64,000 nucleotides of DNA from Macrostomum lignano (lineage: Eukaryota). The notes under the pieces were generated by a model. The model was given only the letters and a program-made list of their open reading frames with translations, did not search any database and was not told the origin of the DNA. Made by a program: the position numbers and the translations under genes. Shown here one piece after another: positions 59,901 to 64,000 of this stretch (its first letter is position 1; each line of letters begins with the position of its first letter). Location: the NCBI GenBank assembly GCA_002269645.1, contig NIVC01000127.1:310001-374000 (forward strand). The letters run 5' to 3'.

Positions 59901-61916
59901 CATTTTAAATTTTGAATTTTTTAAATCTCATTTGCCTCAATTTTAGGGTCTATTTGGTTGTTCTAAGCAAAGCCGGCAGCTAAGCGAATATTTAAAATTA
60001 ACCTTTTTAATGACAAAAAAGTTTTAACAAAGTACTTGATACTTTTCATTATTCAATAGTTTACTTGGAAGATTTGTAAAACAGTGAAAACAAATAGATG
60101 GTTTTGAACAGATTCATTTTTAAGGTTCTCTATTCCAATAAGCTATAATAGAGATAAGCTAGAAATTATTGACATGAATCAATATCAATAAAATTGGAAT
60201 TATTAGCATGGGATGGTAAGGATAAGCACTTCCCATACACATATCTATATAAAAATTTATTGAAAAATAAACATGAGCATAAGCTTATATAGGCCTAGGC
60301 CCTATTCACTTTTATATTTTGATATTGCTTTTAACTTACACTATAGAATGACTAAGGCCAAGGGGCCTAGGCCTAGGCCTAGACCCTAACAAAAATTTGT
60401 TAATTTATAAACTATATTTAATTTAATTTACTTTTATGCTATGATCCCCATAATGTTTTATATAAGTGATTGTAAAATGAAATAGATTAAGGCTCATATC
60501 ATATCTCTATCAGTGGAATCAGTCTATCACTTGACTTGTCTTTTTAGGCTCTAATCATTTTAATACAATCTCCCTATTTAAATATTTGTATAATGGAAGT
60601 GAATTTATATAGGCTTTATTTATAAAGATATAAGTCAAAACTAATATATGCCTTTATCAATGAACTAACTTGATTTTAAAGAATGTTAGTCACTCTTATT
60701 GGGGATTGTATAACAAAAACTCCAACTCTCATTCACATTTAGACAATAGTAGGGGATTTTAGGATGAAAGAATGCCAAAATATCATGAATTTTTATTCCA
60801 TAGATTAATTTAGTTAATTTATTATTGGTGCAAAAAGTTGATTTTTTAGCTTGCAGGGGCAAAGAAACTTTTACTAAGTCTGTGTTTTGACTTTAGTGCA
60901 CAGGTGAGGCACTGCACTATAGGCCCATGGTACTAGGTAGAAAAGTTATAAACAATCTTTATTTATGCAAGTCGGAACAATCAATGACTTTCATTCAATT
61001 TTATATGTATGATGTACACGTATCTGATAGGGCCTATTCATCATTCGGTTTTAAAATCAATAATATTCTATTCAACTTATTTATTGCTCTAAACTTAATT
61101 TTATAGGTTTTCTTTCAGATTAGTCCCGGTCTATATACTAGGTCAAAGATAATTAATTACTGTTTTTAAGAGGAGGCTTTATTCGTCAATATTTAAAAAA
61201 TCCTATATACTAAAAACTTAAAAACCTTTTTCTAAAAATTTGGCTTATTCTGAGAAAGCTAGTGGACGCCAAAAAGTTAAATTAAAAAACAAATGCTAAA
61301 CATATGCCTACTTCAAACAAATGTGTCCAAACAAACAATTTTAAAACTGCAATTACTACAAAACGCAATGGATTTCTTGACCTTATATTCAATTTGCATT
61401 GCTTAGGCACCCAAATTAGTAGCATTAAACTACTCTTTACAATATGCATCACAGCATAGAGCATATACAGCGTACTTGTTCATGTGTAAAGATTCAACAA
61501 TCCGTTAACGATCAACAAGTCCTGTAACAATTAATGAGCGCATTAAGAATTCAAAAGTATTTTAATAATGTGGGATAATATGAGATTTCAGTAAAATAGC
61601 TGAGACACGGGGAACTTACATGAAAGTGCAGATCGAGCTTTAATTGGGATGAGATGGATGGCTATTTTTTGGTGAGAGTGGGATGAGATTGAGGTTGAAT
61701 GAGCTGGATGTAAGATGAGTTTAAACTAAGTTATATTAAATAAGCAATAAATATTTGCAAGAAGGTTATCGTGAGAACCCTGGTGCAACGCTTTTTTGGC
61801 GATGAACATGATGGCCCCCACGCAACGAAACCACCGTGGTGAGGCTTTTAGCTTCCTGCTGACTCTTGAGCCCATAAGGCGCGCGGATGGGCACGCACTC
61901 GTCAGCTCGTCGCCTC

Positions 61917-62048
<132 letters not shown>

Positions 62049-62782
62049 TACTAATAAGAAAAACAAAATTATAATAAAAAACAATTGATTATACCTGCCT
62101 TAATGGACAGATGTGCAACCGACAGCTCGCTCGATCAGCCACCGCTATTTGCGTGGCGCATCTGAAGGCTTTCAGATGCTAATTCGGTACTCGATCGTAG
62201 ATGCTGGGTACTGTACTCGCGGACACCCCCGGGTTAGACTGCTCGGTGCTCGATGCTCGGAATGAAATGACTGAACCAATTACGATCGCCCAACCCGGGC
62301 TGTACCTCAACAGTTTATTTTCTGCGTAATACTGCAGGCCTGCTGGAGACCCCACCAATTGATTTAGCCTTTCCCCGGATTGCGACATCTGCCTGTCGAG
62401 TGACATCAAGTTATTAGAAGACAATATCTTCGCCGTCAACAGTTATTTAGAACTCATAGATCATATATATATTCCTGATAGGCCACTCCCAATGCATTCA
62501 ATTCAGTAGCAGCTGCAGTTCTTCACACTATAGCTTCATTATTGCTGAAACTTTCTGATTTTTATCGTTTCTTGTATATTTCGTTTACATTTTAACTGTT
62601 TTGTTTGAATAACGATTTTTCATTCGCTCATCCTCATGGTTCAAGTGAAAATACACATCATTTGCAAGAATTATACTAAAAAATGAAAATAGCTATAAAT
62701 ATGCCTTGATACGCGCATAAGCTACTGACCTGATACGTGGTCGCTAAATTTTCCAAGAAATACAAAGGCTCTATGGGCGCGC

Positions 62783-63144
62783 CATAGGCGTAAGAACGGG
62801 GGGGACAGTAGGGCCATGCCCCCCCCACTTTTTAAAGTTGTAGGGCCAGTATGGTATCTGCATGTGGCCCCTCCACATTTTAAATGCAAAATGTAGACTT
62901 TTTGCTTATTTTTTACTCTTCTTTCTGGTTTTGCTGCTTCGCATGAATGCATTTTGCTGCAGGACGACAAAACATGCGCCAAAATGAGTACCTGCGGCGC
63001 CAAAATGAGTGCCTGCGGCGCCAAAATGAGTGCTGACAACACCGATTCTGAAAGTAATCGGTACATGATAATGTGCATTTCCCATGTAAAAAATAAAAAA
63101 TCTTACTCGACGGGGGGGGGGGGGGCGGGGGGCGTGCGCCTGTG
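62783..63144. mobile_element. Possible MITE-like non-autonomous DNA element
   Basis: Imperfect terminal inverted repeats CATAGGCGTA / TGCGCCTGTG, G-tract/C-tract subterminal palindrome, internal 21-bp tandem. No TSD found. Confidence 0.35.
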
Positions 63145-64000
63145 GAAAGCCGATTTTGAGAGAGCTGGTTTGGTGAGCCAGGTAGCGGATTAGCTTAATC
63201 TCCGGATTAGCTGATGTCTGCTTTTGAAATTCTCGCCGTCTTTTCTTAGCTACCGCGAGACCTTCGGCTGCTCGCCATATCTATGCTACCTTGAGGATCA
63301 CCATCTGACGGAACTGGGAGGCCAGAGCATTAGGTGATCGATTTCTATGCTCTCAGGCCCGACAAGCTTCCATTCAAGAGCTTAAGAAGGCCGAACCCAT
63401 CAATTTATTGGTGATGCTGAGGCTGGAGGTTGAAGAATTAAGCAGAAGAATGGGATGGAGAGTGGCATTATTATGCTGATGCTGAAGGTTGACTAAAATT
63501 ACCAGTATTTATGCTATTTATTCTGCTAAAAAATTTGCTGACCCAGTCTGGGAAAAGTTTACAAATTGCAATAATAATAATTAATAATGGCCTGGGCTTT
63601 TGATTATGCCGATGCCTAGGCGTGCAGATATCTAATTATTGATAAAATAGTGAGCATACCCCATGCAGATTGCAGACGCCTCGTGGGACATAGCTGGATT
63701 TAAAATTAAATGGAAGTGGCGCTCTTCAAATTCAGCAGCGCATAATAAACCGTTTTAGACCAATGACTAATACTGCCTGGCTGAAAGTGTAATTACCGTA
63801 TAATTGGCCTGCCTATTTTATTGCAGGCTATACATTTTTTATGTCCGATAATAACACGCATACGTAATTGATTTTTCAGTCTAAGAGCAAGTCCCGTTAA
63901 ATAGCTTATCTAATTGGCTAGCCTGCGGCATGCCCTTATGACTTTTATCTTGAAGATAAGATTGCGCTAGACTATACGCAATCGATGAACACTTATATTT

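Noticed and set aside
63150-64000. rRNA/ITS or NUMT-like sequence
   Set aside because: Only a short GATGAA resemblance at the end; no extended rRNA or mitochondrial gene motif recognised.

Overview
Eukaryotic (animal) genomic DNA with GC/CpG-rich spliced exons, most larger introns filled by a different minisatellite, and AT-rich spacers. The style strongly suggests a free-living flatworm such as Macrostomum (inference, not proven). Two convergent, co-directional gene arrays are present. Plus strand: RPL31, a divergent RPS21 and NACA (2.3-6.8 kb). Minus strand, from the right: an orphan single-pass membrane ORF, NOP53, SDR42E1, an ankyrin-repeat module, a TRPM2-like channel with a C-terminal NUDT9-H domain, and a nephrin/echinoid-like Ig-FN3 receptor. 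I rebuilt the exons by hand from GT-AG sites and phases. Main result: the last ankyrin exon has a GTAAGT donor that joins in frame, over a 102-nt intron, to the Met-initiated first TRPM exon. This predicts an ankyrin-TRPM-NUDT9H channel of about 1833 aa, or a dual-use cis/trans-splice acceptor within an operon. The channel also appears to have lost canonical ADP-ribose, Ca2+ and Nudix catalytic residues. Also seen: a full-length tRNA-derived SINE plus fragments, minisatellites seeded from splice sites and a stop codon, and strongly CpG-depleted AT-rich blocks. Most long ORFs in the supplied track are minisatellite artefacts. Repeat boundaries are approximate.
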